64,000 nt of DNA from Felis catus (Eukaryota), in the NCBI RefSeq assembly GCF_018350175.1, contig NC_058368.1, forward strand, positions 19,966,001-20,030,000, given 5' to 3'. Shown in pieces: positions 12,284 to 24,184 of this stretch. Positions within the stretch are counted from its first letter, which is position 1, and every line of letters begins with the position of its first letter. The notes beneath the pieces were generated by a model that saw nothing but the letters and a program-made list of their open reading frames with translations, had not been told where the DNA came from and did not search any database. The position numbers and the translations under genes were made by a program.

Positions 12284-12659
12284 CTGGGCAGAGAGAAGAA
12301 AGGAGATGGAAACTCAGTGCAGAAATTATTGACAAGAGTATCTTCTGTTGTCAAATGGATATTTGGGGGGAAATCTATTTTGTATTGCCAAACAAATTAG
12401 CCAGTGAATTAGGAAAGTGATTCTTAGCTATTGATTTTTGGTTCTGCATTTTCAATTGATATTTGTCACAATTTTTAGAACAATCAAGATTGAGCACTTA
12501 CTGTGTGACAGTAATCTCAGACTTTGAAAGCTGCGTTAATTTGGAGATCTAGTGTGACCCTTCCTTTCAAAAGAGACTCAGAGAGGTGACCCCTCATAAT
12601 GGCAGGAGCAAGACCCAAACCTGAGCCTCCTGGTTTCATCATATCAGTGCTTGATGCTG

Positions 12660-13085
12660 CTATGGCTGGGTCCCCCCTCAGAAATCAGACTCTGAGACAG
12701 ATTTGCATGCAGGAAATACATTGGGAAATGTGCTGGGGGTCATTCCCTATGGGGGAGTGAAGGACATAGAGTTGGCCAGAGAAAGGCCAACAGAGTTACA
12801 ACACATTGGGGTGGTCTTACAGGAGAGCTCTAAAGTGGGGATGATCCTTCTGAATGATCCTGACTCAAGGCAAGGGTGGGAGGCCTCTAGTACCCTCTCC
12901 TTAATCAACCAGTCTTTGGATGAAGGTTTTCAGGAAGGAGCATGATCCTGGGGGCATGGCGGTCTTCAGCTGAGGGCAATTGTGAGAAAGACTTGGCTGA
13001 AGCCTGTGGGTCACCACTGCTCCCAGTATCTGGGGAAATGAGAGAGCCACAGCGCTCAGCACGGAAGGGCACAGCACAGCCTCCC
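12660..13085. mobile_element. Old ERVL-type LTR (LTR16/LTR33-like)
   Basis: gctgggtcccccctcagaaatcagactctgagacagatttgcatgcaggaa resembles an LTR33/LTR16 terminus. Confidence 0.55.
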
Positions 13086-14096
13086 CTCCCGTCCTGAATG
13101 CTAGCTTGGTAACGATGGTTTCACATATGTCGGCTTGATTTCTTCCACTAGTTAACAGGATCCTTGTTGACTCTGTGTACGTTTCCCCTGACTGTGCATG
13201 GAGGCCGTTTAGAAAAAAATAGAGGGCTAGAGCCCTGATTTATGTCAGGCTCAAAAGAAGTACAACATGGAGAGTACTGTTAAGACCCCATCAAGAACTC
13301 GATAGTATTAATCGGTCGATTAAAATTAGAGAAATCAATTATTATACTAACTGTGGTTTGAAGAGGGGAGCTTTTATAATGACATTTTCCCCCTGAATTA
13401 AAGCTATACTTTGAAATTAGGAATGTGATTTATCACAGGACAATCATTATAATCTTAATATTAGAAATTCTCTTTGCTTTTTGATTGGCTGCCAACCTAC
13501 ATGATTGAAGCGGGGCGGGGGGGGGGGAAGAAATTAGAAACCAACATGTTATGTTAAGATAAAAGAACATGAAGGTAAGCCTGAAGATACTACTTTCATG
13601 AAAGGCTTCCCTGTTGTCCTAATTAATTGCACAGAAGCCTAAGAGGGAAAAACCCTGTTAACTTCTAAGTTGGCTTGATATCCTTTTTCATTTGTATCAC
13701 CAAGGGGTACAAAGTGAATAAATCAATATCCCTGAAGCATACACTTAAAAACGCTCAACTTTTTATCTCCCTAATAGTTTCTTTTTTTTTTTTTCATTAA
13801 GAAATAGGATTAAAGAAAATCTTCACATTTAAAGTAGGAGGAAGATTGGAAGTCAGAAGGATATAACACTAAAATATAGGACATTGTGCGTCACTTATTA
13901 AAAATGTGGGTTTGTATTGAGTAGTTCAGGCGTTCTCATCCCATCTGGAAGATCGTGTGTGCCAAAGCTGGGTTCAGTGTACTTATAAACCACTGTCCAT
14001 GTACACAAAATAACTTTGATCTAAGAAAAAGATATCCCCAAGTTTTTACTAGTGCTCCAAATGAGAAGCAAACTTCAAGAACAACAGTAAACAACA

Positions 14097-14329
14097 GGGG
14101 CCCCTGGGTGGCTCAGTTGGTTGAGCATCTGACTTCGGCTCAGGTGATGATCTTGCGGTCTGTGAGTTCGAGCCCCGCGCCGGGCTCTGGGCTGACGGCT
14201 CAGAGCCTGGAGCCTGCTTTGAATTCTGTGTCTCCCTCTCTCTCTGCCCCTCCCCTGCTCACACTCTGTCTGTCTCTCTCTCAAAAGTAAATTAACATTT
14301 TCAAAAAATTAAATTAGAAAAAAAAAAAA
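14097..14329 (+). mobile_element. Can-SINE
   Basis: ggggcccctgggtggctcagttggttgag head, CT tract, A tail. Confidence 0.95.
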
Positions 14330-15092
14330 GGACAGTAACAAAAGATGAATCCAAACATCACAAATAGCACTGAGGCCTGTAATGAAAGGCTTTTTGTGTC
14401 ACTAAAACATCCCCTTGGCGGGCCCAGCTGCAGCTGTTACCGTTCGGGGAACATTCTCAAAGGGCAGATGTGCCAAAGTATGGCATTGCCCCTTTTCCAC
14501 GGGGCGGGACATCTCGTCCCAGTTCTAGCCGAAAAGAGTGAGCCCGGAGCCCTCACCCAGGGAGCAGCCTCGGCTGTGTCGGGGTGACGGGTGTGAAACG
14601 AGGGCCTGTCTCTCCTGTATGAATCATGACTTCTCAAAATGCCAAAGAATCAACGAGGTAGAGCCTCGGCTGAGTTTTAACTTTTTGAGAATATTAAATA
14701 TGACCCCCCGAAAAGTAACTGTTTGAACATATTAAGTCAGAGCTCAAGAAAGCTTTTGAGGAATTTTATGATTGCTTTTTACTCGTGTGACTAGTCTGCT
14801 AAACAACCTATGAGCGTGGGGCTCGGTGTTCCGCGTGCCTCCCCGATCACCACTGTGGGCTCCGGGAGCGTGCAGCGATCTGCACGGACCCTGGCTGGAA
14901 TTCCAGAAGCAGTGGAATTTCAGAAATGAAATACCATTGCTGGTGTGTGCCCTAGCGATGCTGAAATAAGGCAGATACCCTCACCCCATCTCTCAGAACC
15001 GCTGCACCTCATCCTCGTGGTGACGTCGCAGAGAATTTTCTTTTCCTGCTTCTCTTTCCTTCAGTGAGACGTTGATGTGTCCATTGAGTTAC

Positions 15093-15139
15093 CTTCACCC
15101 TGGTCCTCAGTGGCTTTCCTTCCTCGGGAGTATGTCCAC
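15093..15139 (-). other. Candidate 47-nt exon
   Basis: Minus strand reads gtcctgcttttag|GTGGACATAC...CAGGGTGAAG|gtaact, within a repeat-poor block. Confidence 0.3.
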
Positions 15140-16291
15140 CTAAAAGCAGGACTGTTCATTTGTAATCTCGCAGTCAAAGGAACCAAGGGATCATCTTGTC
15201 TGCAAGTCATTTTTGGTGTGATGTAGATGGCTAGGGGCATACCCAGATCTGCCCTCTTCAAAAACAAAACAGAAACCCTTTAAAATAAATAAGAAACCTC
15301 TTATAAAAGAATCTGCGAGGGGACCGTTTATTTGATTTGACTGCTCTGGAAACCTTGATCTTCACTCAAACATATCTTGGCCAGGTCTGTATTACAATGA
15401 TAATACCAGAAGGATTTATTTATAAAGGCCACAAAAAGATTTGTTGACAATGAAATTAGTCTCTGGAATTAGAACACTGTATAGAAATATACAATTGGCT
15501 TTGTACTGTTTTTTTTTCCCAAAACAAATTAAAAGGTTTCTGATATCATTCTCCAGATCTTTCCAGAGTGATCTCTTAGGATGGTTTTTAAGAAACGTTT
15601 TGCTTTCCAAGCCTCAAATATGTGGTGAGAACCTTCCAGCTTTTTTTGTTGGTGGCGGGGTGGGGGTGACAAATTCAATCAGCAGCATTTTAAATAGCTC
15701 TCACATTGTGCTTGGACCAGACCACAGGTCTGAATAACAGTCTCCTTTCTCTGCATAATATGGTCTCAGGGAATCTTCCTGGTCCCCATTTCCATGCTAA
15801 TCTGGTTCTTGCTCTCCATCCACCCCTTTGAACTTGATACCTCCGACTGTCCCTCTCTCACCAAGTTCACTGTTGCCAGAGTCTGAGGTTCTTGTTTCTT
15901 TTCCTTCTCTCTGGTGCATCTCCCTACCCACTGCAGACTTCACGCACAATTCCATGCGCCACCTTATTCCATCAAAACTGTGACTTCTGCCACTGCCACT
16001 TCCCTACATTTTCAGCACTGAGGCCCTACACATAAACTGGCACAAGAAATTTGCTCCATTGTTCTGCTTACTGTTGCTCACACCGTATAGTCTGTCCTCC
16101 GTGGAAGACCCTTTGCATTGTGCACAGTTCTTGCTTCCCACCAAAGCCCTTGAAGGTGACCTTCATATTGTTTCTTGCTTCCTACATCTGACCCCCACCC
16201 AAGACTTTGTTAACATTTGCGTTGTTTCCCATGGCTGCAGGGGAAAACATACCTTGATACATTTTATGCTCAGACTGCTACTTCTTCCCTT

Positions 16292-16516
16292 TGTTGTTGT
16301 TTTTTTCAATGTTTGTTTATTTTTGAGAGAGAGAGAGAGAGAGAGAGAGAGGGCAAGCAGAGGAGGGGCAGAGAGATGGAGACACAGAATCCGAAGCAGG
16401 CTCCAGACTCTGAGCTGTCAGCACAGAGCCTGATACGGGGCTTGAACTCATGAACCGCAAGATCATATCCTGAGCCGAAGTCGGGCACTTAACCGACTGA
16501 GCCACCCAGGCACCCC
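16292..16516 (-). mobile_element. Can-SINE
   Basis: Antisense full-length copy; TSD acttcttccctt. Confidence 0.95.
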
Positions 16517-16911
16517 ACTTCTTCCCTTCGTATATGCTGTTTCCTCTGCCTAAAATGCCCTCCTCTGTCATTGCCTTCCTGAAGAATATGGGCACATGCA
16601 AAGTTTCCCCTAATTATTTCCTCCATTAATTACCACCTGTTCTGGGTGATCTTTATACCTTGAAATTACTTCTGTTGGTTCTCATACTACATAGAAATTA
16701 TTTGTTTATATGCCTGCTTCTCCACTATACTTAGATTTCTTGACATGAAGTCCTTGGTCATCTTTTGAGCCCCAGTTTCTGGCATAGTACTTAGAACATA
16801 ATGGGCCCTCATTCATTTATTCATTCTTTAAGCAAATATTAATTGAGGATCTATTATGTTTCTCCTCTCACGGAGCACAGAGGACAGCAGAGGCAGAAAT
16901 ACCTCTGTCGG

Positions 16912-17028
16912 TTTTTTTTAATTAAAAAAAAAATTTTTTTAAGTAAATTCTACCCACCCCCGACGTGGGGCTTGAATTCATGACCCAGAGATAAAGAGTC
17001 ACATGCTCTACTGACTGAGCCAGCCAGG
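16912..17028 (-). mobile_element. Short Can-SINE
   Basis: gtggggcttgaattcatgacccagagataaagagtcacatgctctactgactgagccagccagg. Confidence 0.85.
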
Positions 17029-17252
17029 TTTTTGATTCTTGTGTTTACTTTGACATTTCTTTCTTAAAAAACAAAATAAAACAAACCTCCAAACTGTCAG
17101 TGACCAGCATTTCCCTGTGTACCTGAGCATGGCTATGTCTTACTTCATCTCACCTTTTGTTTTTTAGTTACAAAAACCTTCTTAGGTCATAATAATCCAG
17201 GCTTTACAAACATATATTACTTTTTAAAAGTTACAGTAAATTTAAGACTGAG

Positions 17253-17357
17253 GGGGTGCCTGACTGGCTCAGTCAGAGAAGCGTGCGACTCTTGGTCTTG
17301 AGGTTGTGAGTTCGAGCCCCATGTTGGGGCTAGAGATTACTTAAGTGAATAAATAAA
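17253..17357 (+). mobile_element. Short Can-SINE
   Basis: ggggtgcctgactggctcagtc head; TSD tttaagactgag. Confidence 0.88.
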
Positions 17358-17694
17358 AACTTTAAGACTGAGGCGCATAGTCATTTTTCCTGTGAATTTT
17401 GTTTTTAAGTTGTTAAAAAAGTTCTCAGCAGAGCGGGTTTAGGAGACAGTGTACTGTGGTTCCGGGGTAAGGGGCTTATGGGTTTCAGCAAGGTCAGTGT
17501 ACTGGCCACGACCTCCATCTCCCCTCCCCCAGCCTTCAGTTTCACCATGACAACTGGCCCTGGGCTTAGACCACAATGGCAGCCACTGTGAGAATGCCAG
17601 CTTCCTCACGTAGGAAGGAAGCTGTCCGAGTCTGTTTAGCCTATAATGACAATACCAAGTTTTATTTTATCATAGTTGCTAATTAGGAGGCTAG

Positions 17695-17900
17695 AGAGGT
17701 TGCTAGGGGTTGGGGGTGGAGGTGGAATGGATTGGCTATAAATGGGCATGAGAGATCTTATTAGGGTGATAGAAACCTCCAAAAACTGATTTATGGTTAT
17801 GGCTGCACAACCTGGTAACTTACCAAAACTCATTGAACTGCGCACTAGAAATGGATGAATTACATGACATGTAAAATACGCATCAATAAAGAGATACTAA
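17695..17900 (+). mobile_element. Old L1 3'UTR fragment
   Basis: aaaactgatttatggttatggctgcacaacc...aaaactcattgaactg...catcaataaa. Confidence 0.65.
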
Positions 17901-17939
17901 AGAGCAAAGTATACACCACAGCCTCTTTTTTTATGGCCT

Positions 17940-18770
17940 TTTCTTTTTTTTAATTTTTTTACTTGAGTATAGTTGATTTACAATGCTACGTTAGTTCCAG
18001 GCGTACAGCAGAGGGATCAGACTTCTCCGCCACAAGGGCGGCTACCATTTGTCACCACACGATGCTATTACGTGTCATTGACTGTATTCTCTGTGCTGTG
18101 TCTTTTATTCCTGAGACTTATTCATTTCACAGCTGGAAGCCTGGATCTCCCACTTCCCTTCATCCATTTTGCCCATCCCCCCCCCCTCCCCCCGGCAACC
18201 ATCAGTTTGTTTTCTGTACGTCTGTTTCTGCATTTTTTAAATTCATTTGTTTTGGGGGCGCCTGGGTGGCTCAGTCGGTTAAGCGGCCAACTTCGGCTCC
18301 GGTCATGATCTCGCGGTCCGCGGGTTCGAGCACTGTGTCGGGCTCTGTGTTGACAGCTCAGAGCCTGGATCCTGTTTCGGATTCTGTGTCTCCCTCTCTC
18401 TGACTCTCCCCCATTCATTCTCTGCCTCTCTCTATCTCAAAAATAAATAAATGTTAAAAAAAAATAAATTCATTTGTTTTGTTTTTTAGATTCCACATAG
18501 AAGTGAAATCATATGATATTTGTCTTTCTCAGTCTCACTTATTTCACTTAGCATAATACCTTCCAGGTATGGCAACATGTTGTTGCAAATGGCAAGATCT
18601 CATCCTGTCTTGTAATATTCCGCGGTGCACAGATGCTGCCTCTTCCTTATCCATTTGTCTATTGGTGGGCACTTGGGCTACTCCCATACCTTGGTTATTG
18701 TAAATTATGTTGCACTAAATATAAGGGTGTGTATATCTTTGCAAATTAGTGTTTTTGTTTTCTTTGGATA
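17940..18770 (-). mobile_element. L1 3' fragment (antisense), interrupted by a SINE
   Basis: gattccacatagaagtgaaatcatatgatatttgtctttct...acttatttcacttagcataatacc, the antisense L1 3' end. Confidence 0.85.
18254..18464 (+). mobile_element. Can-SINE (feline)
   Basis: Full copy; TSD taaattcatttgtttt. Confidence 0.95.
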
Positions 18771-19831
18771 CAACTGTGTTTTTAAATGCTACCATTGAAA
18801 TGAAAAAGCAGGGACCCAAAAAGAAAGGCAACAGAGGCTGAACCATAATGAAATGCTACACAAACATTTTTTTTTTTTTTTCAGTGAAGTGGCTACCTGT
18901 CTTTCTATTTGGGCTTTCACACTTATTCCACACTTAGTCTAGCCTTAGTATTGAAACACCAAAAATACGGGCACGGGGAATGGGGACTGTCTATGGAAAA
19001 AAGAAGCAAAGGTGTCTGTACTACTGTTCTCCACTGATGCTGCTCACAGACGCTTAGCGGGGTGACTGTCTCTCAATATGTCTTGAATTGAGCATAGAGC
19101 CGTGTCACAGGCAACTTGATTTCATGTATGACCCAGCTAACGCCGTATAAGCCACATTGAACAGGAAGGGGGCAGGAACACGGTCGGGTGTTGAGTGAGC
19201 AGCATTTGGGTGGAAGTGATGGAGGTGTAAGTCCTCCATAAGGCCAGGCACTGGGGGGTAAAATATGCACGTGTGGGGAGAGGGTATGGAGAAGAGGAAC
19301 AGCTACACCAGAAGTATACAGGTGGTGCTTTGAAGAGGCAAGGCACTAAATAGTGTGTGCGTGTGTGTGTATAAGAGACAGAGAGAGACGTCAGAGAAAG
19401 AGACAGACAGACAGAAAGAGAAGGGTAGAGACCATCCCTGTGATCACCAGACATCACTAGCTCATGGTTGTGAAGTAGCCTCATGTGCTCAGTATCATCT
19501 CCAGAAATGCTCCGTGACTTTTTTCTGAGGTGGACACAGCCATATATAAATGCGTCAAGACAATGCCCCCCGAGGAGCATGGCTGGCCGCAGCAAACTAG
19601 GCTGGTAAAGAAGCAGAGAGCCTCGCCGTCCTTGTTGACCTTCTCTCCTGGGATTTCTTCCTGGACTTTGGTGAATCAGGCCCGGAAGGCGCCATGGAGA
19701 GAGGCGGCAACGGGTGAGTGTAGGGAAGAGAGGGGCAGTTCAAGAACTTGGTTAGTATTGGTAAATGTTGAATTTGTATACATTTTTGTTTCATAGAGCA
19801 CAAAATGTTCTCTTTTAAAAAGTCACCGGAA

Positions 19832-20068
19832 GGGGCGCCTGGGTGGCTCAGTCAGGTGAGCATCTGAATTTGGCTCAGATCACGATCTCACGGTTTGTGG
19901 GGTCGAACCCCGCATCGGGCTCTGTGCTGATAAGCTCAGAGCCTGGAGCCCACTTCAGATTCTGTGTCTCTTTTTCTCTTTCTGCCCCTCCTCTGCTTGT
20001 GCGTGCTGTCTCTCTCAAAAATAAATAAACATAAAAAATTGTTTAAAAATTAAAAATAAATGAAAATA
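19832..20068 (+). mobile_element. Can-SINE
   Basis: ggggcgcctgggtggctcagtc head, CT tract, A tail. Confidence 0.95.
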
Positions 20069-20488
20069 ACAAGTCAGCAGGAAAAGACTGGCAGTCCTTA
20101 CCCTGCCTTTCTGCTGGAGATCCTGACCCAGACCTGCTGGACTGCCTGGCCGCTCACTGCCAGCACCAGGGCTAAAACCTTCATTACTGAAGGCAGTTCT
20201 GTGGAAAGGCCTTTTTTGTTTTCTTTTCAGATGTATGTGCTCATATAAGTTTACTGTTACTTTGGGGGAAAAAAGAAAAAAAAAAAAAAACACAACTCAG
20301 CAGATTAGTCTCAGACCTGGACTTTGGCCTTCTTACGCATACTTTGTTTTCAGCCAATTCCATCTTGGTAAGTGATCACCTTTCATTTCACACGGTGTTT
20401 TCCTTCCTATAAACTGCAGGAATGGACCTGAAAAAACAAGCCTAGTTTTTTCATCATACACCTAAATGCACTATTTTAGCGATAGGTG

Positions 20489-20946
20489 TGTTAGCGAACT
20501 GTATACTATCCTTCAGAATTCATGTTCATCTGGAACCTGTCAATGTGACCTTATTTGGAAAGAGGGTCTTTGTAGATGTAATCAATGAACATGCAGTCAT
20601 ACTGGATTACAACAGGCCCTAATCCAACAACTGGTGTCTTCGTAAGAGGAAGGACAGAGAGGTTCAGACACAGAAACACAGAAAAACACGCATACACGGG
20701 AAAAGGCCCGGTGAAGCCAGAAGCAGAGATTCGAGTGACAAGTAGCTCCAAGCCTGATTGCTGCAACGGCCCAAAGCTGAGACGGGCCCGGGGCCGATTC
20801 TCCCTCAGAGGGTCCAGAAGAAACCACCCCTGCAGACACCTTGATTTCAGACTTGTGGCCTCCAGAAAGGTGGAAGAACACATTTCTGTTGCTGTAAGCC
20901 ACCAGTTTGTGGTAATTGGCTACAGCAGCCCCGGGGGAGCCAATAG
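20489..20946 (+). mobile_element. MLT1 (MaLR) solo LTR
   Basis: aatgtgaccttatttggaaagagggtctttgtagatgtaatc...gacaccttgatttcagacttgtggcctccagaa...taagccaccagtttgtggtaatt. Confidence 0.88.
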
Positions 20947-21079
20947 GGCAGGCATTCCAATGCTTTTGCTTAGTAGCTGCGCTGCCCACACAGCAGCCGA
21001 AGAGACTTCGTTATAATGTGAAACCGACTGTGTCCAAGTGGAGAAGGTGAGGTCAGTAGAATGCTCCGTGAGCTCTGTG

Positions 21080-21520
21080 TGATCTGCACTGTCCCCCACC
21101 TCTCTCCCCTCGTTTCTTCTCTTCTTTGCCATCTCCCCCTGCTTGGTGATTTTCCAACACACCTCAGACTCTGCCTTTCTGTCATTCTGGAATGTTCTTT
21201 TGATATACGCATGGCTCCTTCCCTTACCTGCTTCAGGTCTTCATTCCACTGGTACCTTCTTGGTGAGACTTCCCCTAACCTCTCTCTTGAAAATCACTGC
21301 TTATTCCCTAGCCCCTTCGCTACCTTAGTTTTCTTCTTAACACTCACCACTATGGAGCATACCATTTATTTTGCTTACTCATTTCATTTATCACCTGTCC
21401 TCCCTAGCAGAAGATCAGCTTTCTGAGGCCAGGGAGTTTTGTCTGTTCCGATTACTGCTGCATCCTCTGCACCGATGTGCTCAACCCACACACAGTTGGT
21501 GCTCAATACATATTTGTTGG
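21080..21520 (+). mobile_element. L2 3' fragment
   Basis: tggctccttcccttacctgcttcaggtct...gtgctcaatacatatttgttg. Confidence 0.65.
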
Positions 21521-21770
21521 AAGAGTGCATGCATACGTTGGTGTGCGGGTGTGCTGTCGTGTGCACACACGAAATCACCTAATCTCTGAACACCCTGCGT
21601 GTGAAGAACTGCCGCAGCTGGCAGAGCTTACGTTGCTGTTACCGGTTCTGGACGTGCCCCCAAAGCTGGGCATTTGGCACGCAGGGCGACGGGCACCTTG
21701 TGCTCCCGGTGCCCATGCTGTCTACCTGGAACGCTGTGCCGACAGAATCCACGTGGTTCTTGGAGGTTAG

Positions 21771-22110
21771 TGTCTTAGTCTGCTTGGGCTGCAGACTGGG
21801 TGGCTTAAACAACAAACATTTAAATTTTTTTTTTTTTTCACAGTTCTGGAGGCTATGAGTCTGAGATCAGGGTGCCAGCATGATCAGGTTCTAGTGAGAG
21901 CCCTGTGCCTGGCTTGCCGGTGGCTGCCTCCTTACCGTGTCCTCACGTGGCAGAGAGAGAGACGTCTGGTGTCTCTTCTTAGACGCCGGTTCTGTGGGAT
22001 CAGAGCTCCACCCCGATCCCCTCATTTCACCTTAATCACCTCCTCAAAGGCCTTATCTCCAATGCAGCCACATTGGGGTTGGAGATAACTAACTATAGTT
22101 ACAGAGAGGA
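21771..22110 (-). mobile_element. MLT1 (MaLR) LTR
   Basis: tgtcttagtctgcttgggctg...cacagttctggaggct...gatcagggtgccagcatg...ggccttatctccaa. Confidence 0.85.
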
Positions 22111-22248
22111 CTACAGTAGAAAGCTCACAGGGAGCACAAATGGTTCAACTGTGTAGACACCCAGCTTTTATTTATGATCTACATGGACATATCTTTACGG
22201 TGTGGGTTGATTTCGCATGACACACTCTTCAGTTGCAAAGTTGATGTA

Positions 22249-22347
22249 GGGGCGCCTGGCTGGCTCAATCGGTGGATCCTTTGACTCTTGATCTCGGGGT
22301 TGTAAGTTCAAGCCCCACATTGGGTGTACAGATTACTTAAAAAAAAA
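22249..22347 (+). mobile_element. Short Can-SINE
   Basis: SINE head plus A tail; TSD aaagttgatgta. Confidence 0.9.
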
Positions 22348-22374
22348 GTTGATGTAACACAAAACTTGAAAAAA

Positions 22375-22591
22375 AAATTTTTAATATTTTTTTAACATTT
22401 ATTTATTATTGAGAGACAGAGAGACACAGAGCGTGAGCAGGGGAGGGGTAGAGAGAGGGAGAGACACAGAATCCAAGCAGGCTCCAGGCTCCGAGCTATC
22501 AGCACAGAGCCGGACGCGGGACTCGAACTCACAAACCGTGAGATCATGACCTGAGTCGGATGCTCAACCGACTGAGCCACCCAAGTGCCCC
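22375..22591 (-). mobile_element. Can-SINE
   Basis: Antisense full copy; TSD aaaacttgaaaa. Confidence 0.95.
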
Positions 22592-22735
22592 AAAAACTTG
22601 AAAATTTTTTGTAAAAAGTAAAACACACTCCTAATTCCTCTATCTGAACAGATTTGTTTTCCTGTCTCAATTTTATCTTCTAGTCCTCCACATGTTCATC
22701 TAGTTTTACATATTTATAATCACAATGTAAATGCC

Positions 22736-22939
22736 ATTTTTATTTTATTTTATTTCATTTTATTTTATTTTATTTTATTTTATTTTATTTTAGAGAGAGA
22801 GGGAGAGAAAAAGCATGAGTGGGGGAGGGGCAGAGGGAGAGAGAATCCCAAGCAGGCTCCACACCCATGACCAAGAGATCATGACCTGAGCTGAAAGCAA
22901 GTGTTGGATGCTTAACTGACCGAGCCAGCCAGGCGCCCC
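22736..22939 (-). mobile_element. Can-SINE with (ATTTT)n tail microsatellite
   Basis: Antisense copy; TSD tgtaa(a/g)tgccattt. Confidence 0.92.
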
Positions 22940-22989
22940 TGTAAGTGCCATTTCTAAAATACTATCTTTTAATTTAAGGTTTATCAAAA

Positions 22990-23270
22990 ATATTGTGGAC
23001 ACTTCCGCAGTCTTCACGATTCTGACTTTTAATGACCACGTAATATGGCATCTTGTTGATGCACTACACTTTTTAAAATCATTTTCCTGTTATAGAAATT
23101 TGGATTGCTTCTCAAGTTTGGCTGCTATAGATGGCCCTGTAGTAAAAATCTTTGTGCATATAGATTTTTGCTTCTGTGGAATTAGTTCCTTTGGATAAGT
23201 TCCCGGGAGTAGAATTGCTAGGTCAGAGTGACAGAACATCTGTGTGGCTCTTGCCACATATTGCAAGAAA
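22990..23270 (-). mobile_element. Old L1 (L1ME-like) fragment
   Basis: tttggattgcttctcaagtttggctgctatag...ggagtagaattgctaggtcagag. Confidence 0.6.
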
Positions 23271-23929
23271 TGCAGTTTAAAAATACTATGCGGATATATG
23301 TTTATACAGAGAAAATGGATCTTGTTGTAGGAGTATCAGGCTCCCAAGTGCTGGATGCAGTTTCAGTTCATGCCAATGTAAGGAATCTTAGAGATAATCC
23401 CCGTTGAAGATAAATATTGGCTGCTACAACGTCCAACAAAATTTTAGTCATTTGTTGTGCATACAGGTAAATGGAAATGATATGCTTTCCATAGGCCTTT
23501 TGGGGTATTCTCACAACTGTTTACTCTTAAATCAAGTAAAACTATAAATTTACAAATTGATTTGAATGGTTAATCTCCACCCTCTAGATCAATGTATTCC
23601 TCATGGTTATTTTAAGAAAAGAGAAATAGCTACTTGTGTGTCGTGTGGAATCCAAAACCAGATTACATTCCTTGTTCATAATAGGCTGTCAAATATTTGT
23701 TGAATGAATTAATGTATAATTGGTCTGCTTATTGCCTATTTTTAATATTTAATACTTAACTCTGACAAAGTTAATAAAAAGGTGCAAATCTTCAGCCTTA
23801 CAAATGGAATTAAGAAAAATTGAAGTATAAAAAATATCACTTTTAAGAATAAAACAATTTTTAAAAAGACTAAAACAACAATATTATAGTCCACGATCAC
23901 TTTTACTACATACAATTTCCTACTCCTCG

Positions 23930-24184
23930 TTTAATTTTTTATTTTTTATTTTATTTTTTTATTTTATTTTTTTATTTTTTTAACGTTTATTTATTTTTGA
24001 GGCAGAGAGAGACAGAGCATGAATGGGGGAGGGTCAGAGAGAGGGAGACACAGAATCTGAAACAGGCTCCAGGCTCTGAGCTGTCAGCACAGAGCCCGAC
24101 GCGGGGCTCGAACTCACGGACCGCGAGATCATGACCTGAGCCGAAGTCGGCCGCTTAACCGACAGAGCCACCCAGGAGCCCCCC
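23930..24184 (-). mobile_element. Can-SINE (feline, CpG-rich)
   Basis: Antisense full copy with a long T-rich tail. Confidence 0.95.

Noticed and set aside
13955..14290. Recurrent ORFs with WVAQSV...SAQVMIS...SLEPASDSVSPSLSAPP (here and at many other sites)
   Set aside because: These are translations of Can-SINEs, not a gene family.
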